From the NCBI RefSeq assembly GCF_041248615.1, contig NZ_CP158426.1: a DNA stretch of 64,000 nucleotides; one strand, 5' to 3'. Below are positions 19,081-29,631 of the stretch, piece by piece (position 1 is the first letter of the stretch; each line of letters opens with the position of its first letter). A model generated the notes under the pieces. That model had not been told where the DNA came from. It searched no databases and worked only from the letters and a program-made list of their open reading frames with translations. Origin of the DNA: Escherichia coli. GTDB taxonomy: Bacteria; Pseudomonadota; Gammaproteobacteria; Enterobacterales; Enterobacteriaceae. The position numbers and the translations under genes were made by a program.

Positions 19081-20418
19081 TTACTGTTCTGCCTTTTTGG
19101 CACCAGGAAAGAGAATTTGCAGGCGGCTTTGCACCAGTTCCAGGGAGGCGGGTTCGCGCATCTCCTGGCGCAAAAACCGCTCGATAGCCGGGAACATTTT
19201 CACCGCTTTGTCGACGCTGGCGTCGGCACCTGCCACGTAGCCGCCGAGTGGGATCAGCGGTTTGATCTCCATATAGGCGACGTAGTTTTGCTTTAACGCG
19301 CGGGCAGATTGCTGATGTTCCAGGCTGGTCACCTGGTTCATGCAGCGGCTGATCGACTGGCCGATATCAATGGCCGGATAGAGCCCCGCTTCCGCCAGTT
19401 TGCGGGTTAATACGATATGCCCGTCCAGCACCGCACGGGCGCAGTCGACAATCGGATCTTGCTGGTCGTCGCCTTCCGCCAGCACGGTGTAGATAGCGGT
19501 CATCGATCCCGCGCTTTCGCTGTTGCCTGCGCTCTCGACCAGTTTGGGGATCATGCCGAATGCCGATGGCGGATAGCCTTTGGTGGCGGGTGGTTCGCCG
19601 AGCGAGAGGGCGATTTCCCGCTGCGCCATCGCGTAGCGGGTCAGGGAATCCACCAGCAGTAAAACGTGATGCCCGCGGTCGCGAAACCAGGCGGCGATGG
19701 AGTGGCACAGTTCGGTGGCTTTCAGGCGCATCAGCGGCGATTCATCGGCGGGGGCGACAACGACGATAGACTTCGCCAGCCCGTCCGCGCCCAGCGAGTG
19801 GTCGATAAACTCTTTCACTTCGCGCCCGCGTTCGCCAATCAGCCCAACCACCACGATATCGGCTTTGGTCTGGCGGGTGATCATCCCCAGCAGCACGCTT
19901 TTCCCGACGCCGCTGCCCGCCATCAGCCCGACGCGCTGGCCTTTGCCGATGGTCAGTAGGCCGTTGATCGCTTTCACGCCCACGTCCAGCGGTTCGTCCA
20001 CTGAACGGCGGGTTAAGGGATTGACCGACGGCGGCAGCGGCGGCAGAAGGTCGTTGCCGTTCAGGCGGCCTTTGCCATCCAGCGGTTCGCCGAGGCCATT
20101 CACCACGCGGCCTAACCAGCTTTCGCCAATCAGGATGTCGTGGGCTTTTTCTTCCGGGAAGACGCGCGCCCCCGCCATCAGGCCGACCGGCTGTTTAAAG
20201 GGCATTAAGTAGGTGATGTCGCGGTTAAAGCCCACGGCCTGCGCGTCGATAAGCGTGTGATTGGCGCTTTCGATGCGGCACAGCTGCCCGGTCATTAGCG
20301 GGCAGCCGACACTCTCCAGCAGGATGCCGTTTAGGCGCACCAGCCGCCCGGCGACGCGGGCCAGCGGGATCGACTCCAGCGAGCGCAGCGCGTTATCGAA
20401 AGCGGAAAAATCACTCAC
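19081..20418 (-). CDS. lfiI: Flagellum-specific ATPase FliI
   Basis: 445 aa; Walker A GSGVGKS, F1/FliI-type ATPase core. Confidence 0.95.
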   Translation of the reverse strand: MSDFSAFDNALRSLESIPLARVAGRLVRLNGILLESVGCPLMTGQLCRIESANHTLIDAQAVGFNRDITYLMPFKQPVGLMAGARVFPEEKAHDILIGESWLGRVVNGLGEPLDGKGRLNGNDLLPPLPPSVNPLTRRSVDEPLDVGVKAINGLLTIGKGQRVGLMAGSGVGKSVLLGMITRQTKADIVVVGLIGERGREVKEFIDHSLGADGLAKSIVVVAPADESPLMRLKATELCHSIAAWFRDRGHHVLLLVDSLTRYAMAQREIALSLGEPPATKGYPPSAFGMIPKLVESAGNSESAGSMTAIYTVLAEGDDQQDPIVDCARAVLDGHIVLTRKLAEAGLYPAIDIGQSISRCMNQVTSLEHQQSARALKQNYVAYMEIKPLIPLGGYVAGADASVDKAVKMFPAIERFLRQEMREPASLELVQSRLQILFPGAKKAEQ

Positions 20419-21121
20419 CCTGAGACTCCGGCGTGAGTGTTTCTTTCAGTGCGGTCATGCATTGTTCCAGGCGATGCTCGCAGCCGATATCCAGTTCAGA
20501 TTTGTCGGTGATCACCCGGCATTCGCCCGGCGGCAGATCCGGCGTAGGCGTCAGCCCCCATTCACTGACCTTTTCCGGTACCGCGTCGCGCAGGCGGTTA
20601 AACTCTTCTGTACTCAGCATCACTCGCAGGGTCTCCGGCATCGCCGGGAAGGCCGCCAGCGCCTCTTCCACCAGCGCCAGTAACTGCGTCGGTTGCAGCG
20701 CCAGTTCGCAGCGGATCACCTGGCGGGTGACTTTTTCCACCAGTTGCAGCAAATCTTCCCGCTGTTTACGTTCGATATGGGCGAGGAAATCGTTCACTTT
20801 ACCGGTGATGGCTTCCAGCGGCTGCGCCGCCTCAACAAACTGTTTGCGCCCTTCCTGCTGCCCGGCGAGGCTGCCTTCGGTGTAACCCTGGCGTCGCCCC
20901 TCGGCAAAACCTTGCTGATGACCTTCGCTAAAGCCCTGTTCCTGGCCTTCGGTCATTCCCTGAGCAAACCCTTTTTGCAGCCCTTCCTGAAAACCGTCCA
21001 TCAGCTGGCGCTGGTAATCGGCGGCGCTAATGCTGGCGGTGAGCGGTTCTCCGGTCACCGCACGCTGGCGCGGCGGAAAACGGTGCAGGCGATAGCGCCC
21101 GCGCAGTGTTTCAATGGTCAT
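20411..21121 (-). CDS. lfiH: Flagellar assembly protein FliH
   Basis: 236 aa; Gln/Glu-rich repeat region and position between fliG and fliI. Confidence 0.8.
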   Translation of the reverse strand: MTIETLRGRYRLHRFPPRQRAVTGEPLTASISAADYQRQLMDGFQEGLQKGFAQGMTEGQEQGFSEGHQQGFAEGRRQGYTEGSLAGQQEGRKQFVEAAQPLEAITGKVNDFLAHIERKQREDLLQLVEKVTRQVIRCELALQPTQLLALVEEALAAFPAMPETLRVMLSTEEFNRLRDAVPEKVSEWGLTPTPDLPPGECRVITDKSELDIGCEHRLEQCMTALKETLTPESQGE

Positions 21122-21124
21122 GGG

Positions 21125-22135
21125 TTACTCCGCCGTCTGTTCCGCAAAGAGCTGTAGCTGAATTTCGCCCGCCTCTTCCAGTTCACGGGCGATGCCCATG
21201 ATTTCGCGGCGGATCTGTTCGATACGGCTGACCGGCACCGGCCCCAGGCGCGCGGTGATCGCTTCCAGTTGCTGCGCCTGACGTTTTGGCATTACCGCGT
21301 AAATCGAGCGGCGCAACAGGGCTTCGGTGCCTTTCAGCGCCACCGCCCAGTCTTCCATCGGCACTTCGTCGAGCAGACGTCGACGCACCTCTTCGTTCTG
21401 GCGGCTGAGGATAAAGAAGTCGTACATCTCATCCTGAAGCTGCTCCAGCACGTCCTCGTCGCGCTCGCGCATCTGGTCGAGGATCACCTGCTGGTTACCC
21501 TGGAAGCGGTTGACGATATCCGCCGCCTGTTTGATGCCTTTCACCTTCGAGCCGTGTTCAGAGAGCACCGACAGACCGCGTTCGATCAGCCTGTCCAGTT
21601 CATCCACCACGTCGCGGTTGACGTCGTTGAGTTTCGCCACCCGATAGAGAATTTCGTTTTGCACTGATTCGTTGAGATACGAGAGCACCGCCGCCGAGAT
21701 TTCCGGCGTCAGAAACGCGAGGAACACCGCCTGCAATTGCAGATGTTCTTCGGAGATCAGCATCGCCAGCTGGCGTGGTTCCACCCATTGCAGGCGCGCC
21801 ATCCGCGAGCGGATCTCATCGCCATAAATGCCGTTGATCACGCTGCTGGCGATCTCGGTGCCGAGGGCTTTGTTGAGAATGCCCTGCAACATGGATCGCG
21901 ACGCACCGTTGATCCCGCTCTGCTCCCTGAATTCATCAAAGAAGTTGTTGATCACTTTGCGCGCCATGCTGGTTTTAACGCCGGAAAGCCGCGCCATGTT
22001 TTCGCTCAGGCGCACCACTTCTTCGCGGCTGAGTTTTTGCATCACCGTCGCCGCCGCTTCTTCGCCAAGGCACAGCAGCAGGATCGCCGCCTGTTCCAGG
22101 TAGCTGTTGCTCTTATTTGTTGTCAATTCGCTCAT
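21125..22135 (-). CDS. lfiG: Flagellar motor switch protein FliG
   Basis: 336 aa; FliG family pattern throughout. Confidence 0.9.
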   Translation of the reverse strand: MSELTTNKSNSYLEQAAILLLCLGEEAAATVMQKLSREEVVRLSENMARLSGVKTSMARKVINNFFDEFREQSGINGASRSMLQGILNKALGTEIASSVINGIYGDEIRSRMARLQWVEPRQLAMLISEEHLQLQAVFLAFLTPEISAAVLSYLNESVQNEILYRVAKLNDVNRDVVDELDRLIERGLSVLSEHGSKVKGIKQAADIVNRFQGNQQVILDQMRERDEDVLEQLQDEMYDFFILSRQNEEVRRRLLDEVPMEDWAVALKGTEALLRRSIYAVMPKRQAQQLEAITARLGPVPVSRIEQIRREIMGIARELEEAGEIQLQLFAEQTAE

Positions 22136-23759
22136 TGCTGGTGATCCATTGTCTGAGAACTTCGGCTACGCGATCGGTGTCGCTCATGGCCAGTTTTTGC
22201 AGGAACTCGAGTTTTACTTCCAGGCCGGAACTCTGAGACGGCAGGCTGTCATCGCCGGGCAGCGACGGCAGATCGACGTTTTTGCGCTCCTCTTCCGGCA
22301 TGGCAATCCACGGTTCGCTGACGGCTTCCGGTTCTGGTGTGATAACCGGCGCACGCACCGCCATCAGGCGTTTCATTACCGGGCGCACCACAAAGAACAG
22401 CAACAACAGAGCCAGCAGGCCGCAACCAATCAGCCGCACCCAGGCCAGCACGCTGTCATCTTTCCACAGCGGGATCACCGGTTCGACCGGAGCCACCTGC
22501 GGCACAAAGTTCAGCAGCGATAAGGTGAGATTGTCTCCACGTTGCACGTCGATCCCGGCAGCATTGTTCAGCAATGCGGTAAGCTGCGTGGTCTGCTCCG
22601 GCTTCCAGTTTTTCAGCGCCGGAGCGTTTTGATTGAGCACCACCGCCACGTTAAGGCGTTTCACCGCAAATCCGGGATGCTGAATATGCTGGACGCTGCG
22701 GTCGTAAGAGTAATCGCGCTTGCTTTCGCTGTGTTTGGATAACGCTTCCGGCGAGCGATTTTCTTCCGTACCGTTGGTCATCTGATTCGCCGCAACGGGC
22801 GGACGGTTGCTGAGCGAGCCGGGTACGCCCATCGCCACCTGATTAGTGTCGCTGTCCAGCACGTTTTCTTCGCGGTTGATTTTCGGCGTGTCGCCGTAGT
22901 GTTCCTGGGTTTCGTCGATGGTGCTGAGATCGAGATCCGGCATCACGCTGACGCGGTAATTCCCGCTGCCGACCAGCGAATCCAGCACGTTCGCCACGCT
23001 GGCGCGGGTTTTGTCCTGGATGTCTTTGAGGATCTGATCGCGTTTACGGGTTGCGGCAGAAACCGCCTCGCCTGCGCCAATGCCGTCGGTCAGCAGATTT
23101 CCCGCCTGATCGACGACGCTAACTTTGCTGGCGTGCAGCCCCGGAATGCTGCCGGACACCAGATGCACAATGGCGTTCACCTGGTCCATATTCAGCTTCG
23201 CGCCGTAGTGCAGGCGCACCACCACCGAGGCGCTGTTTTGCGGCTCATCGCTGACCACAAACGAACTTTCTTCGTTAAGCGCCAGATGCACCCGCGCACT
23301 CTCCACCGCGTCCAGCGACATAATGCTCTGCGCCAGCTCCCCTTCGAGGCTGCGTTTGTAGCGCACGTTCTGCACGAACTGGCTGCTGCCGAGCACTTCG
23401 TCTTTGTCCATCAGCTCGTAGCCGCTGGGCAATATCGCCTGCACGCCTTTGGCGGCAAGGGTCATGCGCGTTTTCGACAGTTCATCTTCCGGCACCAGAA
23501 TTTGCCCGCTCTGCGGGTCAATGCGGTAGCTGAGCTTTTCACCGTCCAGCACGGTGACAATCTGCGACACGGGCAGATTTTCCTGGCGTCCGTAGAGCGA
23601 GACGTAGCCGCGATTACCGGTCCACAGCACACTAACGATAATCGCCGTCGCCGCAACGGCAAGCCCCACTCCCGCCATCAATGCCCAGCGTTTGTTATCT
23701 GCAAGACGCAGTCGAAACGCCGGAAACGCCTGGGTTAACTTCTTTATTTGTGCATTCAT
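22113..23759 (-). CDS. lfiF: Flagellar MS-ring protein FliF
   Basis: 548 aa with N- and C-proximal transmembrane segments. Confidence 0.9.
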   Translation of the reverse strand: MNAQIKKLTQAFPAFRLRLADNKRWALMAGVGLAVAATAIIVSVLWTGNRGYVSLYGRQENLPVSQIVTVLDGEKLSYRIDPQSGQILVPEDELSKTRMTLAAKGVQAILPSGYELMDKDEVLGSSQFVQNVRYKRSLEGELAQSIMSLDAVESARVHLALNEESSFVVSDEPQNSASVVVRLHYGAKLNMDQVNAIVHLVSGSIPGLHASKVSVVDQAGNLLTDGIGAGEAVSAATRKRDQILKDIQDKTRASVANVLDSLVGSGNYRVSVMPDLDLSTIDETQEHYGDTPKINREENVLDSDTNQVAMGVPGSLSNRPPVAANQMTNGTEENRSPEALSKHSESKRDYSYDRSVQHIQHPGFAVKRLNVAVVLNQNAPALKNWKPEQTTQLTALLNNAAGIDVQRGDNLTLSLLNFVPQVAPVEPVIPLWKDDSVLAWVRLIGCGLLALLLLFFVVRPVMKRLMAVRAPVITPEPEAVSEPWIAMPEEERKNVDLPSLPGDDSLPSQSSGLEVKLEFLQKLAMSDTDRVAEVLRQWITSNERIDNK

Positions 23760-23763
23760 AGGG

Positions 23764-24105
23764 TTAGATCGACATACTCATCAGATCGTTAAATCCGGTG
23801 GCGATTTTGTTGCGCACCTGCACCAGCGCGGAGAAAGAGAGCGACGCCTGCTGGCTGGCGATCATCGCACCTGCTAAATCATCACTTTTGCCCGTGTCGA
23901 TAGCTGTTTGCTGCTGCTCCGCCACCTGCTGGAACTGGTCAACGTGACCGAGCGCGCCGGACATAATGCGGTTAAACGAAACGTCCGGGTCGGTGGAACT
24001 GAAGGCCATGGCGGGCAGCACCGGTGCCTGGGCGTTGGCCTGCATCCGCTGCACGTCCTGCATGATTTGCGCCTGCATGGTGCTGTTGATTGTGGTAATG
24101 CTCAT
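23764..24105 (-). CDS. lfiE: Flagellar hook-basal body protein FliE
   Basis: 113 aa; C-terminal ASLSFSALVQVRNK typical of FliE. Confidence 0.75.
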   Translation of the reverse strand: MSITTINSTMQAQIMQDVQRMQANAQAPVLPAMAFSSTDPDVSFNRIMSGALGHVDQFQQVAEQQQTAIDTGKSDDLAGAMIASQQASLSFSALVQVRNKIATGFNDLMSMSI

Positions 24106-24119
24106 TTTTAACTTCCGGG

Positions 24120-25106
24120 TCAGGAGAAAACTTCGATACCTTGCTTGCGCATGGAGGCCAGTCGATAGCGCAGTGCGCGCGGGGTAATGCCTAACAGGTC
24201 GGCAATTTTGCTGCGGTTGCCCTGATATTTACGCATCAGGTCGGCGATATATTGATACTGGGCGCTACGTCCGGCCTGGCCTAAATCGCTGGTTTCCGCA
24301 ACAGATACGGAGGGCTGAACAGGCCATTGCAGTTCACTGTGATCGGCAACGTCTATTTCCGGCAGGCCTAAGGCATCCGGGAAAATCACGCCGTCGCGAT
24401 TTAAAATCATTCCACGCTGAATGGCGTTCTCCAGCTGGCGCACGTTGCCGGGCCAGCGGTAATTGAGCAGCGCCCGGCGAGTAGATTCTGAAAGGGTGAT
24501 ATTTTTCACCAGCACTGTGGAGTATTTTTTAATAAATGACTCTGCCAGCGGGATAATATCGTTCAGGCGTTCACGCAGCGGCGGCATGGTAATAGGAATA
24601 ACCGCCAGACGATAATAGAGATCTTCACGAAAACGCCCGGCGGCGACTTCCTGCTCAAGGTTTTTATTGGTGCAGGCAATCAGGCGAAAATTGAGTTTAA
24701 TTTGTCGGTTACTGCCTAATCGCTCAACCTGCTGTTCCTGCAATACGCGTAATATTTTGGCCTGTAGCGCCAGCGGCATATCGCCAATTTCATCGAGCAA
24801 TAAGGTGCCGTTATTCGCCAGTTCCATTTTTCCTGGCACGCTGGCAATTGCGCCGGTAAATGCGCCTTTGTCGTAGCCAAATAAGGTAGATTCCAGCATG
24901 TTTTCCGGGATCGCCGCGCAGTTCACGCCGATATAGGGCGCGTTATCATTTTCACCAAAGGCTACGGTGTGAATATATTTCGCCACGCATTCTTTGCCCG
25001 CGCCGGTTTCGCCCTGAATGAGCACCGGCACGTTAAATGCGGCGACACGCTTTGCCAGAGTAAAAGCGTTAATGCTGGAAGCGGCAGTTGCAATAAGTTC
25101 AGACAT
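24120..25106 (-). CDS. lafK: sigma-54-dependent transcriptional activator (LafK-like), no N-terminal receiver domain
   Basis: 328 aa; Walker A GETGAGKE, GAFTGA sigma-54 contact motif, C-terminal HTH. Confidence 0.9.
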   Translation of the reverse strand: MSELIATAASSINAFTLAKRVAAFNVPVLIQGETGAGKECVAKYIHTVAFGENDNAPYIGVNCAAIPENMLESTLFGYDKGAFTGAIASVPGKMELANNGTLLLDEIGDMPLALQAKILRVLQEQQVERLGSNRQIKLNFRLIACTNKNLEQEVAAGRFREDLYYRLAVIPITMPPLRERLNDIIPLAESFIKKYSTVLVKNITLSESTRRALLNYRWPGNVRQLENAIQRGMILNRDGVIFPDALGLPEIDVADHSELQWPVQPSVSVAETSDLGQAGRSAQYQYIADLMRKYQGNRSKIADLLGITPRALRYRLASMRKQGIEVFS

Positions 25107-25261
25107 AGGGTGAACGATATAAGTAGCGACAGAAAACAGGATGTTCTGAAGCGTATCACCGGCGGGATTAACAAGTTCGAATTAAACGATAATAAAAATA
25201 TTATTTGATGGTAAACAATTAGTTAGATATTAATACTGTTAATTTGGACATCTGTGATGCC

Positions 25262-25303
25262 CCCTCACCCTAACCCTCTCCCCGGATGGGGCGAGGGGAC
25301 AGA
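25262..25303. repeat. GC-rich imperfect palindromic intergenic repeat (copy A)
   Basis: cccctcaccctaaccctctccccggatggggcgaggggacag; reverse complement shares ctgtcccctcgcccc..ggggagaggg with the copy at 31735. Confidence 0.35.
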
Positions 25304-25478
25304 CCGCAGACTGATTGGCGAAAATCACTCCCATTAAGCAATTAATCGATTAATTATTTTTTCATCCTATTAATAATTTGCCCCTTTCACTCCCCCTCTA
25401 TTTAATACCTCACCTTGTGTCACTGCCTGATTTGCGTGCACAAAATCGCCCATACCATTACAGCAGAGAAAGTAAGCC

Positions 25479-26330
25479 ATGCTGAAGTACAGTAAAACGC
25501 CAGGCATCTTTAAATTAGAAGGTAATCGGCTCGGACGCCCCTACCATCGCCTGCCGACCCTGTTCACGGGGAATTTTGACGTGATTGATTCGCATCTTGG
25601 CAGCTACTTTCTCAAAAAGCATCGCAGCAATATCACCTTAAAAAAGATTGGCTGCGAAATGGATATCATTAATAAAAACGCCGAGCTGATGGTTTCCCAG
25701 GTCGGGCATCTGGCGTTTGATATTGATCGCTCCTTGCTGTTAATGCTGCTGGGCAATTTTTATGGTCTGGAGTCGTCTCTTGAAGAGGCGAAAGACCATA
25801 ATGGCCTGCCGACCAAAACCGAAACGCGGTTAAAGAACCGCCTCGCGCTGGATATCTGTACGCTGATTTTTAATCTGCAAACCTCCGGTATTGCGCTGAA
25901 ATTAAAGCTGGATAGCAGCACGGTGATTACCCACTGGGCGTATCAATTAACCTTTACCCTCGCGGGTGATGAAGAGAGCAGTTTTCGTATTTTGCTCGAC
26001 GACGCCCATACCGATTTTATTTTAAATCTGATCCGCCACAGCGAGCACAGTAAACCGCAGCAGGTGGCGAAATCCGTTAATAAACCGGCCCTGATTAAAG
26101 AAATCATCCGCTCCCTGCCGTTGACTCTGAACGTCAAAATCGCCGAGCTGTCGCTGAATGTCGCGGATCTCACGCAGATAAAAGCCGGGGATATTTTACC
26201 CATCTCGCTGGGAGAAACGTTCCCGGTGGCGATTGGGCAATCTGAATTATTTAGCGCCCTGATTGTGGAAGACAAAGACAAACTGTTTTTGTCGGAGCTG
26301 GCGGGCAAAAATGAGAATAGCCATGAGTAA
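25479..26330 (+). CDS. lfiM: Flagellar motor switch protein FliM-like
   Basis: 283 aa; position upstream of fliN; moderate family resemblance. Confidence 0.75.
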   Translation: MLKYSKTPGIFKLEGNRLGRPYHRLPTLFTGNFDVIDSHLGSYFLKKHRSNITLKKIGCEMDIINKNAELMVSQVGHLAFDIDRSLLLMLLGNFYGLESSLEEAKDHNGLPTKTETRLKNRLALDICTLIFNLQTSGIALKLKLDSSTVITHWAYQLTFTLAGDEESSFRILLDDAHTDFILNLIRHSEHSKPQQVAKSVNKPALIKEIIRSLPLTLNVKIAELSLNVADLTQIKAGDILPISLGETFPVAIGQSELFSALIVEDKDKLFLSELAGKNENSHE

Positions 26331-26694
26331 GCAAGAAGATATTTTAGCCGGGGATTTTGGCCTCACCGATGAAGTTGCGCCTGTCGCGAAATCCGCCGAC
26401 GCTGAAACGCTGGTCACCCGCCTGGAAGACCGCTTTTCCGACTCGATGACGCTGCTGAAACGCATTCCGGTGACCTTAACGCTGGAAGTGTCGTCGGTGG
26501 AAATTATGTTAGCCGACCTGCTTAACATCGACGACGACACGGTGATTGAGCTGGATAAGCTCGCCGGGGAGCCGCTGGATATCAAAGTGAACAATATCCT
26601 GCTGGGCAAAGCGGAAGTGGTGGTGGTCAACGAGAAGTACGGCCTGCGCGTGCTGGAGTTTAACACCCGCGATATCAACGACCTGGCACCATGA
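26323..26694 (+). CDS. lfiN: Flagellar motor switch protein FliN
   Basis: SpoA-type C-terminus (LDIKVNNILLGKAEVVVVNEKYGLRVLE); ATG at 26323 overlaps fliM stop; alternative start 26311. Confidence 0.85.
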   Translation: MSKQEDILAGDFGLTDEVAPVAKSADAETLVTRLEDRFSDSMTLLKRIPVTLTLEVSSVEIMLADLLNIDDDTVIELDKLAGEPLDIKVNNILLGKAEVVVVNEKYGLRVLEFNTRDINDLAP

Positions 26695-27443
26695 AACGCC
26701 GCACTCAACTGACGCTGGGCCTTGGGCTGCTGGCGCTTGCGCCGCTGGCGTTGGCCCAGGGGGGCGATATTGCGCTGCTTAACGTGGTCACCCACGGCAA
26801 CACTCAGGAGTACAGCGTCAAAATCCAGGTTCTGATTCTGATGACCCTCGTCGGTTTGCTGCCGACGATGGTGCTGATGATGACCTGCTTTACGCGCTTT
26901 ATTATCGTGCTGTCGCTGCTGCGCCAGGCGCTGGGGCTGCAACAAACGCCGCCAAACCGTATTCTGATTGGCATTGCGCTCTCCCTCACCATGCTGGTGA
27001 TGCGCCCTATCTGGCTCAATATTTACGACCACGCGGTGGTGCCGTTCGAAAACGATCGGATTACGCTGACCGATGCGTTAAGCACCGCCGCGACGCCGCT
27101 GAAACGCTTTATGCTGGCGCAGACCGACAAAAAAGCGATGGCGCAAATCATGACCATCGGCGGCGCAAAGGGCAATGCCGCCGACCAGGATCTCTCGATT
27201 GTGGTGCCCGCCTATGTGTTGAGCGAGCTGAAAACGGCCTTCCAGATTGGCTTTATGATTTACATCCCGTTTCTGGTTATCGACCTGATTGTCGCCAGCG
27301 TATTGATGGCGATGGGGATGATGATGCTGTCGCCGCTGATTGTTTCGCTGCCCTTTAAACTGATGCTGTTTGTGCTGATCGACGGCTGGTCGCTGACAAT
27401 CGGTACGCTCACCACCAGCATTCGCGGGCTGGGGCTGGGCTGA
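26691..27443 (+). CDS. lfiP: Flagellar export apparatus protein FliP
   Basis: 250 aa; signal peptide plus conserved FliP membrane core. Confidence 0.9.
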   Translation: MKRRTQLTLGLGLLALAPLALAQGGDIALLNVVTHGNTQEYSVKIQVLILMTLVGLLPTMVLMMTCFTRFIIVLSLLRQALGLQQTPPNRILIGIALSLTMLVMRPIWLNIYDHAVVPFENDRITLTDALSTAATPLKRFMLAQTDKKAMAQIMTIGGAKGNAADQDLSIVVPAYVLSELKTAFQIGFMIYIPFLVIDLIVASVLMAMGMMMLSPLIVSLPFKLMLFVLIDGWSLTIGTLTTSIRGLGLG

Positions 27444-27445
27444 TT

Positions 27446-27718
27446 ATGTTGACCGTAGACGTAGCCGCCGACATTGTCGCCAGCGGCATTAAAGTGGTGA
27501 TTTTACTGGTTTCGGTACTGGTAGTGCCAAGCTTGCTGGTTGGCCTGCTGGTGAGCGTGTTCCAGGCGGTGACGCAGATTAACGAACAGACCCTGAGTTT
27601 TTTGCCGAGGCTGATTGTCACGCTGGTGGTGCTGGGCGTGTGCGGTAAATGGATGATTATCCAGTTGCATGATCTGTGCATTCATCTGTTTACCCAGGCC
27701 GCCCTGCTGGTGCATTAA
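27446..27718 (+). CDS. lfiQ: Flagellar export apparatus protein FliQ
   Basis: 90 aa, two-TM FliQ pattern. Confidence 0.9.
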   Translation: MLTVDVAADIVASGIKVVILLVSVLVVPSLLVGLLVSVFQAVTQINEQTLSFLPRLIVTLVVLGVCGKWMIIQLHDLCIHLFTQAALLVH

Positions 27719-27719
27719 G

Positions 27720-28502
27720 ATGCGCACAAGCGACGTTACGCAACTGATGGATCTGGCGCTGGGGCTGTGGTTTCCCTTCGTGCGCATTATGGCGTTTCTG
27801 CGCTATGTGCCGGTGCTGGATAACAGCGCCCTGACCGTGCGCGTGCGGATTATTTTGTCGCTGGCGCTGGCAATCATCATCACGCCGTTGATCCCCCATC
27901 CCATTCCCCACGATCTGCTTTCACTCAACAGCCTGATCCTGACGGTGGAGCAAATTTTATGGGGCATGTTGTTCGGGCTGATGTTTCAGTTTCTGTTTCT
28001 CGCGCTACAACTGGCCGGACAAATTCTCTCGTTCAATATGGGGATGAGCATGGCGGTGATGAACGACCCGAGCAGCGGCGCATCGACCACCGTGCTGGCG
28101 GAGTTAATCAACGTCTATGCGATCCTGCTGTTTTTTGCCATGGACGGGCATCTGCTGCTGGTAAGCGTGCTGTATAAGGGCTTCACCTACTGGCCGATTG
28201 GCAACGCGCTGCATCCGCAAACCCTGCGCACCATCGCGCTGGCCTTTAGCTGGGTGCTGGCGTCCGCATCACTGCTGGCGCTGCCGACCACCTTCATCAT
28301 GCTGATTGTGCAGGGCTGCTTTGGCCTGCTCAACCGCATCGCGCCGCCGCTGAACCTCTTTTCGCTCGGCTTTCCCATCAACATGCTGGCGGGGCTGGTT
28401 TGCTTTGCCACCCTGCTCTACAACCTGCCGGATCACTATCTGCATCTGGCGAATTTTGTGTTGCAGCAACTCGACGCGCTGAAAGGTCACTATGGCGGAT
28501 AG
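27720..28502 (+). CDS. lfiR: Flagellar export apparatus protein FliR
   Basis: Multi-TM; start set to ATG 27720 immediately after fliQ stop. Confidence 0.85.
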   Translation: MRTSDVTQLMDLALGLWFPFVRIMAFLRYVPVLDNSALTVRVRIILSLALAIIITPLIPHPIPHDLLSLNSLILTVEQILWGMLFGLMFQFLFLALQLAGQILSFNMGMSMAVMNDPSSGASTTVLAELINVYAILLFFAMDGHLLLVSVLYKGFTYWPIGNALHPQTLRTIALAFSWVLASASLLALPTTFIMLIVQGCFGLLNRIAPPLNLFSLGFPINMLAGLVCFATLLYNLPDHYLHLANFVLQQLDALKGHYGG

Positions 28503-29631
28503 CAGCAGCGAAGAAAAAACAGAGAAACCCTCGGCGCAAAAGCTGCGTAAAGCGCGTGAAGAGGGGCAACTGCCGCGCTCGAAGGATATGGGGCTGGCAG
28601 CGAGCCTGTTTGCGGCGTTTGTGGTGATCTCCAGCAGCTTCCCGTGGTATGCCGATTTTGTGCGCGAGAGTTTTATCAGCGTGCATCAGTACGCGCAGGA
28701 GATTAATAACCCGCAGGTGATCGGTCAGTTTCTGCGCCACCACCTGTTAATTCTCGGCAAGTTTATCCTTACGTTGCTGCCGATGCCCGCCGCCGCGCTG
28801 CTCTCTTCGCTGGTGCCGGGCGGCTGGCTGTTTCTGCCGAAAAAAATCCTCCCGGATTTCAGCAAAATTAGCCCGTTAAAAGGCATTGGGCGTCTGTTTT
28901 CCAGTGAACATCTGGCGGAAACGGGAAAGATGACGGTGAAGTCTGCCGTGGTGCTGGTGATGCTGTGGGTAAGCCTGCGCAATAACTTTGCCGCCTTTCT
29001 CGGCCTGCAGGCGCTGCCGTTCAAACTGGCGATGAATGACGGTTTGTCGCTCTACGCCAGCGTGATGCGCAACTTTGTCATCCTGTTTATTTTCTTTGCG
29101 CTTCTCGACGTGCCGCTGGCGAAAGCCCTGTTCACCAAAGGGCTGAAGATGACCAAACAAGAACTGAAAGAAGAGTACAAAAATCAGGAAGGCAAGCCGG
29201 AAGTGAAGGCGCGCGTGCGGCGGCTGCAACGGCAGCTGGCGATGGGGCAAATTCGCAAAGTGGTGCCAAAGGCCAACGTGGTGATCACCAACCCGACCCA
29301 CTACGCCGTGGCGTTGCAGTATGACCAGTCGCGTGCCGCCGCGCCGTTTGTGGTGGCGAAAGGCACCGATGAAATCGCCCTCTATATTCGCCAGGTCGCT
29401 GCTGAAAGTCAGGTGGAAGTGGTCGAGTTCCCGCGGCTGGCGCGCTCGGTTTACTACACCACTCAGGTGAATCAGCAAATTCCTTTTCAGCTTTACCGGG
29501 CTATCGCCCACGTTCTGACCTACGTCCTGCAAATGAAACACTGGCGCGAGGGCGCACAGCCGCGCCCGGCCCTGAACAGACATATTTCCATTCCCAAAGA
29601 GGTGCTTAAACTGGATGGCGAAAACAACTAA
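28492..29631 (+). CDS. lfhB: Flagellar export apparatus protein FlhB
   Basis: 379 aa; N-terminus EKTEKPSAQKLRKAREEGQLPRS typical of FlhB; NPTH autocleavage motif present. Confidence 0.9.
   Translation: MADSSSEEKTEKPSAQKLRKAREEGQLPRSKDMGLAASLFAAFVVISSSFPWYADFVRESFISVHQYAQEINNPQVIGQFLRHHLLILGKFILTLLPMPAAALLSSLVPGGWLFLPKKILPDFSKISPLKGIGRLFSSEHLAETGKMTVKSAVVLVMLWVSLRNNFAAFLGLQALPFKLAMNDGLSLYASVMRNFVILFIFFALLDVPLAKALFTKGLKMTKQELKEEYKNQEGKPEVKARVRRLQRQLAMGQIRKVVPKANVVITNPTHYAVALQYDQSRAAAPFVVAKGTDEIALYIRQVAAESQVEVVEFPRLARSVYYTTQVNQQIPFQLYRAIAHVLTYVLQMKHWREGAQPRPALNRHISIPKEVLKLDGENN

Noticed and set aside
22899-23738. 279-aa plus-strand ORF
   Set aside because: Antisense to fliF; no independent support
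26247-27032. 261-aa minus-strand ORF
   Set aside because: Antisense to fliN/fliP; Gln/His/Arg-rich artefact
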